Shown here: positions 18,592 to 27,836 of the stretch, one piece after another
How positions within the stretch are numbered: the stretch's first letter is position 1
How the letters are laid out: each line of letters opens with the position of its first letter
Assembly: GCA_038831915.1 (NCBI GenBank)
Contig: JAWBKB010000001.1
Coordinates: forward strand, 1-64,000
From: Candidatus Caldarchaeum sp.
GTDB lineage: Archaea; Thermoproteota; Nitrososphaeria_A; Caldarchaeales; Caldarchaeaceae
Direction of reading: 5' to 3'
Length of the DNA stretch: 64,000 nucleotides
Position numbers and translations under genes: made by a program
The notes under the pieces: model-generated
Told to the model about the DNA's origin: nothing
Seen by the model: the letters and a program-made list of their open reading frames with translations, nothing else
The model's database searches: none

Positions 18592-19014
18592 GTGTTAATG
18601 GATTTTAGATGGTTTCTATTGGTTGTGTTGACGCTGCTCGTTTGGGGTATTTGGGGCGTTGTGACCCGAATTGCTTCAGCTTCTCTCGGCTGGCGTGATA
18701 CAACAGCAATAGCCGCTATCGGACACATGGCTGTCGCTTTTCTATTCATCCTAGTATCCAGAGCAGACATAGTTCCGAAAAGCACAGTCTGGCCCCTCGC
18801 TTTGTTCGCAGGCTCGCTGGGATTCCTCGGAGCACTGACATTCTACATGGCCCTTAGCCTAAACCCGTCATCGATAGTGGTGGTGGCTACATCGCTTTAC
18901 CCACTCGTAACCCTCGTGATAGCTTTCTTCGTGCTCGGAGAAACCATTTCCGTTCGTCAAGCAGTTGGAGTGGGTTTGGCTTTGGCCGCGCTGGCGCTGA
19001 TATCCGGTGAATAA
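18592..19014 (+). CDS. EamA/DMT half-transporter
   Basis: WGIWG...SLYPLVT...LGE; five TM segments. Confidence 0.85.
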   Translation: MLMDFRWFLLVVLTLLVWGIWGVVTRIASASLGWRDTTAIAAIGHMAVAFLFILVSRADIVPKSTVWPLALFAGSLGFLGALTFYMALSLNPSSIVVVATSLYPLVTLVIAFFVLGETISVRQAVGVGLALAALALISGE

Positions 19015-19041
19015 GTTGAAACAGTATATATCGCTGAAAAG

Positions 19042-20496
19042 TTGGTGAAAATTATGAAAATTTTACCCAACTTCGTCGATAATGAATTCATCGTGCCGAA
19101 GAGCGTCGAGACGATTCCTGTGAAAAACCCGGCCTTCGACACCGTCATCGCAGAAGCACCGATCTCGTCGGAAGAAGATGTGGAAAAAGCCGTTGAATCA
19201 GGTGTACAAGCCTTCGAAAAATTCCGCAAAACCACTCCATCTGACCGAGTTCAATACTTGATGAAGATACGTGAATATCTTGAAAGGGACACTGATGTTC
19301 TGGCACGTGTCTTGGTGGAAAATCATGGACGAACTTATGCGGAAGGAGTTGGAGAAGTCCGGCGAAGTTTGGAGAACGTCGAAGCCGCGGCCGCAATAGC
19401 TTACACGCTTGCAAAAGGCGAAAAAATGGTGAACATTTCTCCCGACATCGACCAAGAACTTATCCGCGAACCTCTGGGATGTTTCGCCGTCATAACACCG
19501 TTCAACATCCCGCTTCATGCATGGTCATCATACGTTCCCTACGCAATCGCTCTGGGATCAACTGTCGTGCTAAAACCCAGCGAGATAACGCCGATGGTCG
19601 CTAACGAAGTGGCTCGGATAATGAAGGACGCCGGCGTTCCACCGGGTATTATGAACGTGATTCACGGCGACGGCCGAGTTGCTGAAAAACTCGTGAAACA
19701 TCCGGAAATTCAAGGAGTTGGGTTCATCGGGTCAACCCGCACAGGCAAGATGCTTTACGAGCTTATGGCTAAAGAGGGAAAACGAGCTTCCATCAACGCG
19801 GGAGCGAAAAACCACATCGTCGTGACGCCTGACGCGGACATGGTGAAAACCGCTGAGGCAGTTGTTTCATCGTTTTTCGGAATGTCGGGGCAGAGATGTC
19901 TGGCTGGCTCGAATCTCGTCGTCCTGCGGGGTGCTGAAAAAGTTGTTGACCTGGTTGCGTCAAAATCACATCTCAGACTGGGGTACGGCATGGAAAAAGA
20001 TACGGAAATGGGGCCGATGGCTTCACGTCAAGGGCTTGAGAAAGCTCTCAGATACATCGAAATCGGCGAAGAATATGGGGATCTTCTCGTCGACGGCCGT
20101 TTGAACAAGCCGGTGAAACCGCTTAACGGATATTTCGTCGGACCCACGTTGTTCAAGAACGTTCCTCCCGATTCACCGCTCGCAAAGGAGGAGATTTTCG
20201 GCCCCGTTGCATCAATTTTATCCGTCGAAGATATCGAAGCCGCCATCGAACTAGTTAACAAGAACACGCCATATGGAAACGCAGCCTCTATTTTCACGTC
20301 GAACCCACGAACGGCGCGGCATTTTGTTCTAAACGTAAACGTCGGCAACGTGGGCGTTAACATCGGAGTTCCCCAACCAATGGCATATTTCCCGCTCGGC
20401 GGACGAAAGATGTCGTTTTTCGGAACAGCTCATAGCCGAGTCGACACGTTAAGATTCTTTACAGACCACAAAATCGTGACGACGAGGTGGTGGTGA
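19042..20496 (+). CDS. CoA-acylating semialdehyde dehydrogenase (MMSDH-like)
   Basis: ITPFN, LKPSE, FIGST, GAKNH, catalytic GQRCLA, EEIFGP, YGNAASIFT. Confidence 0.9.
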   Translation: MVKIMKILPNFVDNEFIVPKSVETIPVKNPAFDTVIAEAPISSEEDVEKAVESGVQAFEKFRKTTPSDRVQYLMKIREYLERDTDVLARVLVENHGRTYAEGVGEVRRSLENVEAAAAIAYTLAKGEKMVNISPDIDQELIREPLGCFAVITPFNIPLHAWSSYVPYAIALGSTVVLKPSEITPMVANEVARIMKDAGVPPGIMNVIHGDGRVAEKLVKHPEIQGVGFIGSTRTGKMLYELMAKEGKRASINAGAKNHIVVTPDADMVKTAEAVVSSFFGMSGQRCLAGSNLVVLRGAEKVVDLVASKSHLRLGYGMEKDTEMGPMASRQGLEKALRYIEIGEEYGDLLVDGRLNKPVKPLNGYFVGPTLFKNVPPDSPLAKEEIFGPVASILSVEDIEAAIELVNKNTPYGNAASIFTSNPRTARHFVLNVNVGNVGVNIGVPQPMAYFPLGGRKMSFFGTAHSRVDTLRFFTDHKIVTTRWW

Positions 20497-21102
20497 ATGG
20501 AAATCGCACCTGGCGCAGTTATCCGTAAAGTCGCTGTTTTCGTCGAAGACACGCTTGTGGAAAACGGCAAACCGTTGAGCAGACCAGTTAGGAAAAGTGC
20601 GGCCGCAGCGGTCATCAAAAACCCTTACGCCGGACAATTCGTTGAGGATTTGCAGGTTTTGATTGATGTTGGAGATTTTCTCGGTGGTTTTCTCGGAAAG
20701 AGAGCGAGGGAAGCATTAGGCATCTCGCCAGCCCAAGTCGAAAGCTATGGTAAAGCAGCAATTATCGGAACGGCTGGCGAGCTGGAACATGGCCACGCAA
20801 TACTGCATCCGAAGTTCGGAAGAGGTCTGCGTGAAGAATCCGGTGGACAGGACGTTTGCAAAGCCATTATCCCATCTGCTGCAAAAATCGGAGGACCCGG
20901 CACAGCTATCGACGTGCCACTACATTATAAGCGTGCGGCTTTCGTCAGAAGCCATTACGACGCGGTTGAAGTCCGAGTGCCTGACGCACCGCTTCCGGAC
21001 GAAATCGTCGTGATAGCGGCTTTGACGGATTCGGGAAGACCTTTACCGCGTATCGGCGGGCTTAAAAAAGAAGAAGTCAAAGGCGAGGACGGTCTTCGTT
21101 AA
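20497..21102 (+). CDS. AA_synth/DUF1185 family protein
   Basis: AVIKNPYAG, ESYGKAAIIG..GELEH, RSHYD, DAPLPDEI, GRPLPR. Confidence 0.88.
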   Translation: MEIAPGAVIRKVAVFVEDTLVENGKPLSRPVRKSAAAAVIKNPYAGQFVEDLQVLIDVGDFLGGFLGKRAREALGISPAQVESYGKAAIIGTAGELEHGHAILHPKFGRGLREESGGQDVCKAIIPSAAKIGGPGTAIDVPLHYKRAAFVRSHYDAVEVRVPDAPLPDEIVVIAALTDSGRPLPRIGGLKKEEVKGEDGLR

Positions 21103-22061
21103 AAGAACCATGGAAACACTTTTCTTTTGAGAAAGTCGGCGATTCCGTTTCGGAAAAACGCGAGCAGAAACACCAGAGTCAAGCCATAGAGAACCTGTGT
21201 CAAGGGTCCGAGGAACCGGAGGGCTTCGTTGACCACAGCGATGATGGCTGAGCCGATGTAGGGGCCGAGGAGAGTCGCCCTTCCTCCCAGAATCACGATA
21301 ATCTGGACAGGGATGTCGACCGATGCGAACGCGAAGTACGATGGTGCGATGAGCTGTGAAAACAATCCATACAGTGCACCTGCGAAGCCGAGAAGAGCAG
21401 AGGAAAACAACGCCGTCAAAGTCTTAACCTTTGAAACGTTTATCCCGATGAGTTCCGCGCTTGTTTCCTCGTCGATGATGCATCGATACGAATATCCTGT
21501 TCTTGTGTGGAATAGTAGGTAATAAGCGATGGCTGTAACGGCGAGAATTGTCATGGTGGCGACGTAGTAGTAGCGGAGGTTGTAGGGTAGAGCGTCTAAC
21601 GGCCCGAGGCTTACGCCTCTTATCCTGAAGCCAGTTTCTCCACCTGTGATGTTTGCGAGGCCGATCACCAAGTTGTTGAAGACAAGCGTGATGGCAAGTG
21701 TGAAAATTCCCGTAAATATTACGACGAGTTTTCTTCTCACCGATAGATAGCTGACAACCCATCCTAAGGCGGCGACAACTGCTGTGGACAGCAGAACGGC
21801 TTCGACTGGGCCCATTAGTCCGTCACGCAGGGAAATTCCTGTGATATATGCTCCGATTCCGATGAATGCGCCGACGCAGAGGAAAAGCTGTCGCGTGAAG
21901 CCGAAGAGGAAGTTGAAGCCGTATGCGAAGACCGTGAAGAAAGCCATCTGAGCAAGAATGAAGACCACGTATGGCGTGTTTATGAATATAAGCGGAACGA
22001 CGACGTAGATGGCTGCGAGGACGATTAAAGCCATGACACCGACTTGTTTCTTGTTCACCAT
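21099..22061 (-). CDS. HAAT (Liv-type) ABC transporter permease, LivM-like
   Basis: TGGETG and ILGGRATLLGP motifs; multi-TM. Confidence 0.9.
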   Translation of the reverse strand: MVNKKQVGVMALIVLAAIYVVVPLIFINTPYVVFILAQMAFFTVFAYGFNFLFGFTRQLFLCVGAFIGIGAYITGISLRDGLMGPVEAVLLSTAVVAALGWVVSYLSVRRKLVVIFTGIFTLAITLVFNNLVIGLANITGGETGFRIRGVSLGPLDALPYNLRYYYVATMTILAVTAIAYYLLFHTRTGYSYRCIIDEETSAELIGINVSKVKTLTALFSSALLGFAGALYGLFSQLIAPSYFAFASVDIPVQIIVILGGRATLLGPYIGSAIIAVVNEALRFLGPLTQVLYGLTLVFLLAFFRNGIADFLKRKVFPWFF

Positions 22062-22927
22062 CTTTCACCTACTATGCCGTAAGGCCTGACCAAAATCAAA
22101 ACCATGATGAATATCAGCAAAGCGACGTAGGCAAGATATGTTCCAATGAAGACGACGAGGAAGGTGTAGACAACGCCTATGACCAGGCCCGAGATAATGG
22201 TTCCGTAGACGCTGCGGATTCCTCCCACCACCGTAACGAGAAGACCGAGAATCGTAAACTCTATTCCGCTTTCAGGCGCTACTGTGGCTACAACGCTACG
22301 GATAATTCCAGCCAAGGTGACAAGGAACGCGCCGAGCAGAAAGACGAATAAACGGTATTTCTGAACACCGATTCCAACGATCAATGCGCCAGTTTCGTTC
22401 TGTGTAAGAGACCTGATTGCCATGCCGCTCCAAGTATTTTTGAGAAAGAGATAAACGCCGACGAGGATAGCGGCTGAAGCGATGCCTGTCACAAGTTGAG
22501 CCGTTCTAAAGGTTAAACCCATGAAATCAACCGTGGCTATTGGAAGGTTTATTGTGAGAAAAGCCAGCGGAAAACTCGTTATCAAAGCGCCGTGAACAAA
22601 AATCGAAAAAGCAAGAGTAATGTATAGGCCGAGTAGGGTTCTTTCTTCGCCTTCGAGGCGGTAAACGGGGGTGAGAAGGATTTTTTCGATAAAGGCCGCG
22701 GTAGCCATAGTGAATAGCACTCCCGCGACGAGGGCGAAAGGTAGAGGAACGTTGAATGCTTGTAGAAGAACGGCGGCGCCAACTGTGCAGATTACGAGAA
22801 GCTCACCGTGTGCGAGATTCAAAACACCCGCCAAGCCATAGATCAGCGTAAGACCTGCCGCGATCATCGAAAGAATTAATCCAAAGACAATCCCATCGAG
22901 GAAAAACAGAAGAAAACCCGCATCCAT
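22055..22927 (-). CDS. HAAT ABC transporter permease, LivH-like
   Basis: GLTLIYG..GVLNLAHGE, VVGGIRS, RPYGI. Confidence 0.92.
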   Translation of the reverse strand: MDAGFLLFFLDGIVFGLILSMIAAGLTLIYGLAGVLNLAHGELLVICTVGAAVLLQAFNVPLPFALVAGVLFTMATAAFIEKILLTPVYRLEGEERTLLGLYITLAFSIFVHGALITSFPLAFLTINLPIATVDFMGLTFRTAQLVTGIASAAILVGVYLFLKNTWSGMAIRSLTQNETGALIVGIGVQKYRLFVFLLGAFLVTLAGIIRSVVATVAPESGIEFTILGLLVTVVGGIRSVYGTIISGLVIGVVYTFLVVFIGTYLAYVALLIFIMVLILVRPYGIVGERW

Positions 22928-22928
22928 G

Positions 22929-23657
22929 CTACATACCCAGGTATTTCTTGACGAACGCGTGTGTTTTCAAGCCTTCTTCGATGTTGCCCTCGAAAACCAC
23001 TCGGCCGTTGGACAGAATGTATCCTCTGTCGCTTAAGGCTGCGGCTTGAGCGGTTCTCTGCTCCACCAGTAAAATCGACATCTCGGATTTTGTTTCCATA
23101 AGTTCGCGCAGTCCTTCGAAAATGTTTTTGACAAGCAGTGGGGCGAGGCCTGTCGAAGGCTCGTCGAGGAGAAGAAGCTTTGAATCGGTCATCAACGCTC
23201 TGCCGATGGCGAGCATCTGTTGTTCACCCCCGCTCATAGTTCCAGCCCTCTGAACCTGTCTTTGCTTTAGTTTTGGAAAAATTTTGAAAACAAGCTCCAA
23301 ATTTTCTTCAAGCTTTTTGCGAGCGCGTTTGTTAAAGGCTCCGAGAAGAAGGTTTTCCCGAACAGTCATGAGGGGGAAGAGCTCTTTCTCAGCCAAGGCC
23401 AGAGAGATTCCTTCCTCGACTATTTTTTCCGGAGGCAATCCGTCTATTCTTTTGCCGTCAAGCTGAATCGCGCCTTTGCGCGGTCTTATTAGGCCTGCGA
23501 TAGTTTTCAAGAGGGTTGTTTTGCCTGCTCCGTTGGGCCCGAGAACGGCTACAACCTCCCCCCTGTCAACATGCATAGAAACATTCCAGAGAACTTGGAT
23601 GTCGCCGTAGCCTGCATCTAAATTATCCACTTTTAGAAGACTCGACAATCTTCTCAC
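22929..23657 (-). CDS. HAAT ABC ATPase, LivF-like
   Basis: GPNGAGKTT, MSGGEQQML, LLLDEPS. Confidence 0.93.
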   Translation of the reverse strand: MRRLSSLLKVDNLDAGYGDIQVLWNVSMHVDRGEVVAVLGPNGAGKTTLLKTIAGLIRPRKGAIQLDGKRIDGLPPEKIVEEGISLALAEKELFPLMTVRENLLLGAFNKRARKKLEENLELVFKIFPKLKQRQVQRAGTMSGGEQQMLAIGRALMTDSKLLLLDEPSTGLAPLLVKNIFEGLRELMETKSEMSILLVEQRTAQAAALSDRGYILSNGRVVFEGNIEEGLKTHAFVKKYLGM

Positions 23658-24375
23658 CTAAATATGCTTCAATCACTTCTTGGTCGGCCACTATTTCCTC
23701 CGGCTTTCCCTCAGCTATTTTAGACCCCTGGTTTAAGACAGAGACTTTATCGGCGAGAGACGAAACCGCGCTAATAACGTGTTCTACCCAGATGATTGTC
23801 AATCCATATTCTTTTCGGATGTATCTGAAAAGGTCGATGGCGTCTTCTATTTCCGCCGTGTTTAACCCGCTCATGTATTCGTCGACCATCAAAACTTTGG
23901 GCCTCGATGCAAGAGCCCGAGCAAGCTCGACTTTTTTCCGTTCCTGTAGGTTGAGGACGCCTGCCTTCATATTCGCTTTGTCGGTCAGCTGAAGCTTGTC
24001 GAGGAGGGAGTCCACATGGCCTTCCAGCTCGTCCCGAGATATTCGGATGCTGTAAAGCCCTCCGACGTAAACGTTTTCCCACACAGTCAAATCTTTGAAA
24101 GGCCGCGGAATCTGAAGCGTTCTGCCGACGCCGAGCTTGAAAATTTCGTGGGAAGGCTTGCCCGTAATGTCGATGTTGTCTAGAAAAATTTTTCCAGAAG
24201 TCGGCTTGAAGACTCCGTTGATGATGTTGAAGAGAGTGGTTTTTCCCGCGCCGTTGGGCCCGATGATGGCCCTGATTTCACTTTCAGCGACTTCGAGGTT
24301 TACGTTTTTTAAAGCCGGTAGGCCGCCGAAATACTTAGTAACGTCCACGCATCTAACGATTACTGTCAACCCCAT
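23623..24375 (-). CDS. HAAT ABC ATPase, LivG-like
   Basis: FGGL.AL, GPNGAGKTT, VIEAYLG; AGGTGA SD-like sequence upstream. Confidence 0.93.
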   Translation of the reverse strand: MGLTVIVRCVDVTKYFGGLPALKNVNLEVAESEIRAIIGPNGAGKTTLFNIINGVFKPTSGKIFLDNIDITGKPSHEIFKLGVGRTLQIPRPFKDLTVWENVYVGGLYSIRISRDELEGHVDSLLDKLQLTDKANMKAGVLNLQERKKVELARALASRPKVLMVDEYMSGLNTAEIEDAIDLFRYIRKEYGLTIIWVEHVISAVSSLADKVSVLNQGSKIAEGKPEEIVADQEVIEAYLGEKIVESSKSG

Positions 24376-24390
24376 TTATCACCTAAAGAC

Positions 24391-24412
24391 GAAATAAAAA
24401 AGATAAGAAAAT
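24391..24412 (-). terminator. T-rich tract after the substrate-binding gene (possible partial archaeal terminator)
   Basis: ATTTTCTTATCTTTTTTATTTC on the minus strand between the SBP stop and the ATPase start. Confidence 0.4.
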
Positions 24413-24417
24413 GAGGA

Positions 24418-25632
24418 TTACTCAGCCGGTACGTATGGCTGGACGGGTGGAGATGTGTAAATGGTTTCAACTACCCAGTTGGCTCCGGGGTTTATGGGGC
24501 CTGGGGAGCCGCGTTTGATCACTGCAAGCCTCATGGCCGGTTTCTTGATTTCACCCCATTCAGTGTAGGATAGAGGCCATGCGAATATGGGATCGTTGAA
24601 TTCGCTTGTTCGGATGTGATTAGCAACTGTTACTGGGTTTGTTGACCGTGTTTTTTCAACAGCGTCAGCGATAGCCAACACGGTGACGTAGCCGGCGACG
24701 GCGTTGTGGTCGAAATATCTTCCATATTTCTGATAGAATTTGACCGCGAGTTCCCGGTATTCAGGTGCCTCGGTTCTTACGCACGTCGTCGTCACGAGTT
24801 TGTCGAGGCCGATGTCTCCGACTCCTCTAAGCATCAATTCAGGAGGTTGCACAGAAGCTATGTAGTATTGAGATGGGAACCCAAGCTCTATAGCCTGCTT
24901 CGTTATAGTTGGAAATCCCGGTGGATGACCGGTGAGAATCATGACTTCGGGCTGAAGCGGCTGAAGCTTACGCAGCACCGTGGTAAAGTCTGTTTCACCA
25001 AGCGGTGTTTCCTCAATCTGGAACTGAACGTTCGGAATTTCTTTCAGCCTTCTTTCAAGCACTTCTTTGATAGCGAAACCCCATTCATAGCTGGCGATGA
25101 TGACTCCGACGCGCCTGTATCCCATATCTTTGACAAAGTTGGCGAGGAGCTCGCCGTTGGTTGGTGCAGGCGGTAGACATGTCCTGAAGGTGAAACGCGA
25201 ATCTTTCGTCAAAATCGTGTGAGATCCAGCCGCTATGAGGAATAGAGGAACTTTAGCCTGTTCGGCTTCCGCGGTCAATACCGCTCCTATGCCGCTGGAA
25301 ATCGTTCCAACCACCGCGACAACCTTGTCTATTTCAGCCATTCTTTTGAAGATAGACACCGCTTCTTTCGCGTCGTTCTTCTCATCTGCTTCGATCAATA
25401 CGACTCGAGCACCGAGAACACCTCCCTTGGCGTTGATTTCTTCGACGGCGAACCTCATCCCGTCAAGAGTGTAGGCGCCATAGATGGCAAAAGGGCCCGT
25501 CAAGGGCACCAAGGCACCAATTTTTACTTCAGAAACACCGAGGCTTTGCTGCGAAAGAAACAGAAAAGCTGTCGAAGCGACGGCCGCGACGACAACGAGG
25601 GCGACAATCACCACCACAACTGTTTTTTTCAC
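24418..25632 (-). CDS. HAAT ABC substrate-binding protein, LivK-like, N-terminal membrane anchor
   Basis: KIGALVPLTG...AVEEINAKGGVLG, FTFRT. Confidence 0.92.
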   Translation of the reverse strand: MKKTVVVVIVALVVVAAVASTAFLFLSQQSLGVSEVKIGALVPLTGPFAIYGAYTLDGMRFAVEEINAKGGVLGARVVLIEADEKNDAKEAVSIFKRMAEIDKVVAVVGTISSGIGAVLTAEAEQAKVPLFLIAAGSHTILTKDSRFTFRTCLPPAPTNGELLANFVKDMGYRRVGVIIASYEWGFAIKEVLERRLKEIPNVQFQIEETPLGETDFTTVLRKLQPLQPEVMILTGHPPGFPTITKQAIELGFPSQYYIASVQPPELMLRGVGDIGLDKLVTTTCVRTEAPEYRELAVKFYQKYGRYFDHNAVAGYVTVLAIADAVEKTRSTNPVTVANHIRTSEFNDPIFAWPLSYTEWGEIKKPAMRLAVIKRGSPGPINPGANWVVETIYTSPPVQPYVPAE

Positions 25633-25659
25633 AAGTCTCCCTGCCCGCTGCTCCGTAAT

Positions 25660-26655
25660 TTAAATCTTTACATTTTGTACAGACGGAAACAATTCGTCGA
25701 CGATTTTGCGAAGCTGCTGCATCTCGAACGTAACAGGATTCAGAACAATCCAGTCAACGCCTTCAAGCGACTTGACACGTTCCTTGATTTTTTCAGCAAT
25801 TTCTTCAACCGTTCCGTAGAGGTAGAATTTTTTCCAGTAGTCAAGGTTCATTCCTGAATAGAGTGAAAATCGTTTCACTGCTTCTGTGTCGCTGTCTCCT
25901 GGATTCTTCAAGTAAACGAAGTTCGAATAGATCTTTGTGATTTTGTAAGGGTCTTTTCCCAGATCAGCCGCGTATTTCTTAACCTTCTCCCAGTCTTGTG
26001 CAGCCATTTCAGGCGTCGAACTCGAATGCGGAATCCATCCATCAGCAAATTTAGCGATGCGGAACAGCACTTTGTCGATTCCTTTAGCCGCGGCGCCGTA
26101 GAGAATTTCGTGTGGCTGGCTTCCTCCACCAATCCAGATAGGTGGATGCGGTTTCTGAGCTGGCTTGGGTTCGAGAACCAAGTCTTTTACGTTGAAGAAT
26201 TTGCCTTCGAAAGTGATTTTATCCTCTGTCCAAAGTTTTTTCAACAGTTGCAGATATTCGTCCATTATTGTTCCGCGTTTTTCGAGAGGCGTGTTGAGAA
26301 GGTTGAATTCGTCAGGGTTCCATCCGACGCCTGCGCCGAGCACAAATCTCCCGCCCGAATACACGTCGAGTGAAGCAATTTGTTTAGCGACGAGGTAGGG
26401 ATTTCTGAAAGGTAGCACCATGATCATAGGGCCTATCAGTGCTTTTTTTGTCGCTGCAGCCACAAACGACAACGCTATCAAAGGGTCGTGCCAACTGGTT
26501 GAATATGCGGGCCTCGAGGTAAGCAGATGATCTATGACGAAAAATCCTTCAACTCCCATGCGTTCGGCTTCCGCGACGTAGTTCTTCAAAGTCTCCGCGG
26601 ATGAAAATTCTCCGGGCCTGGCGTATGTAGGTAAACGTAGACCTAACTTCATCAA
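25660..26655 (-). CDS. LLM-class (luciferase-like, probably F420-dependent) oxidoreductase
   Basis: DH, LPFRNP...AKQIASLD..SGGRFVLGAGVGW, PKPAQKPHPPIWIGG, ADGW. Confidence 0.9.
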   Translation of the reverse strand: MMKLGLRLPTYARPGEFSSAETLKNYVAEAERMGVEGFFVIDHLLTSRPAYSTSWHDPLIALSFVAAATKKALIGPMIMVLPFRNPYLVAKQIASLDVYSGGRFVLGAGVGWNPDEFNLLNTPLEKRGTIMDEYLQLLKKLWTEDKITFEGKFFNVKDLVLEPKPAQKPHPPIWIGGGSQPHEILYGAAAKGIDKVLFRIAKFADGWIPHSSSTPEMAAQDWEKVKKYAADLGKDPYKITKIYSNFVYLKNPGDSDTEAVKRFSLYSGMNLDYWKKFYLYGTVEEIAEKIKERVKSLEGVDWIVLNPVTFEMQQLRKIVDELFPSVQNVKI

Positions 26656-27836
26656 TGTGCACCTTCGGGCAGTTTTGCTTCGCCGCTTGTTTTTATTTGT
26701 TTAGAAGGCGGAGGTGTCATACGGCTGCGACCAACTCTAACAACTCCATCAATCATGACCATGGCGATGCCGGGTATGTCGCCGATTGAAAATGCTTCGA
26801 CAGCGTCGTTCGCGACTGAGCCATATGGCGCGTCCATTACCACTAGGTCTGCTGGACGTCCCGGCTCCAGAACTCCTTCTTTGAGTCCGAAAGCCTTTGC
26901 GGTGTTTCCAGTGGCTGCGCAGACAGCTTTCTCAGGCGCGAGTCCCGTGTTTGATGCTATGAACGAAATAGTTCTGATGATGCCGAGAGGAATGACGCCT
27001 GTGCCCGAAGGTGAGTCTGTTCCAATTATCAGCCGATTTAACTCGTTTCTGGATTCGAGGATTTTGACCGTTTCCACCATGGATTTGAAGTTTCCACATT
27101 GGACGACTTCGATCGCTGATTTCGTGTTTTCGATAATGGTTCGGATGTCGGGGATTGACGGGGATGTGGGGCCTCCGTTGATGTGAGAAACAACGTCAGG
27201 CTGAACTTTGAGAACGACTTGTGCATTGATTACTGTGCTTCCTGGGATAGATGCTCCACCTGTGTGAATCACGACTTTCATGCCGTGTTTCTGGGCAAGT
27301 CGGACAAGATCGGCTGCTTCGTCGGGGTCTTGAACAGTTCCCAGCCCCACTTCGCCGACAAGCCAAACACCTTTCGCAACCACTTCTTGGAAATCGGCTT
27401 CGACAAGCCCTTTTTCCAGTAGGAGGGCGCCTGCGTGAACTTTCGCGCCGAGAGGTCTAAGGTTTTTGAAGGTTTTGTGTGCGAGAACAGCGAGTGCTTT
27501 CGCCGCTTCTTTGTCGCCCCGAGGCCTGCCAGGAAGATGCACTTCTCCCGCTGAAACGAAGGACGTTACTCCGCCGTTGACGTAGGCTTCGATGAAGCCC
27601 AACGTGTTCTGGCGTGGTGTGAAGTCGCCGAAAACGGGATGAACATGTGAGTCAATCAGTCCGGGAGTTACGGTCATCTGGTTTACGTCGAAGACTCCGT
27701 CGGCGGGCTTTGAAATATCCCAGCCGATTTCCTCTATTACCCCGTTGCTGATGTAAATGCTGTCGCCGTCTGCAAATGGTTTATCGAGTTTTCCTAAAAG
27801 AATTTTTCCCGCGTTTTTTATGAGAATAGTTTTCAT
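26652..27836 (-). CDS. ena: Amidohydrolase, close homologue of enamidase (nicotinate catabolism)
   Basis: PGLIDSHVH..GDFTPRQ, SAGEVHLPGRP, LEKGL, GEVGLG, HTGGASIPGS, SHINGGPT, GTDSPSGTGVIPLG, GDIPGI, SRMTPP. These follow Eubacterium barkeri enamidase motif by motif as I recall it. Confidence 0.85.
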   Translation of the reverse strand: MKTILIKNAGKILLGKLDKPFADGDSIYISNGVIEEIGWDISKPADGVFDVNQMTVTPGLIDSHVHPVFGDFTPRQNTLGFIEAYVNGGVTSFVSAGEVHLPGRPRGDKEAAKALAVLAHKTFKNLRPLGAKVHAGALLLEKGLVEADFQEVVAKGVWLVGEVGLGTVQDPDEAADLVRLAQKHGMKVVIHTGGASIPGSTVINAQVVLKVQPDVVSHINGGPTSPSIPDIRTIIENTKSAIEVVQCGNFKSMVETVKILESRNELNRLIIGTDSPSGTGVIPLGIIRTISFIASNTGLAPEKAVCAATGNTAKAFGLKEGVLEPGRPADLVVMDAPYGSVANDAVEAFSIGDIPGIAMVMIDGVVRVGRSRMTPPPSKQIKTSGEAKLPEGAH

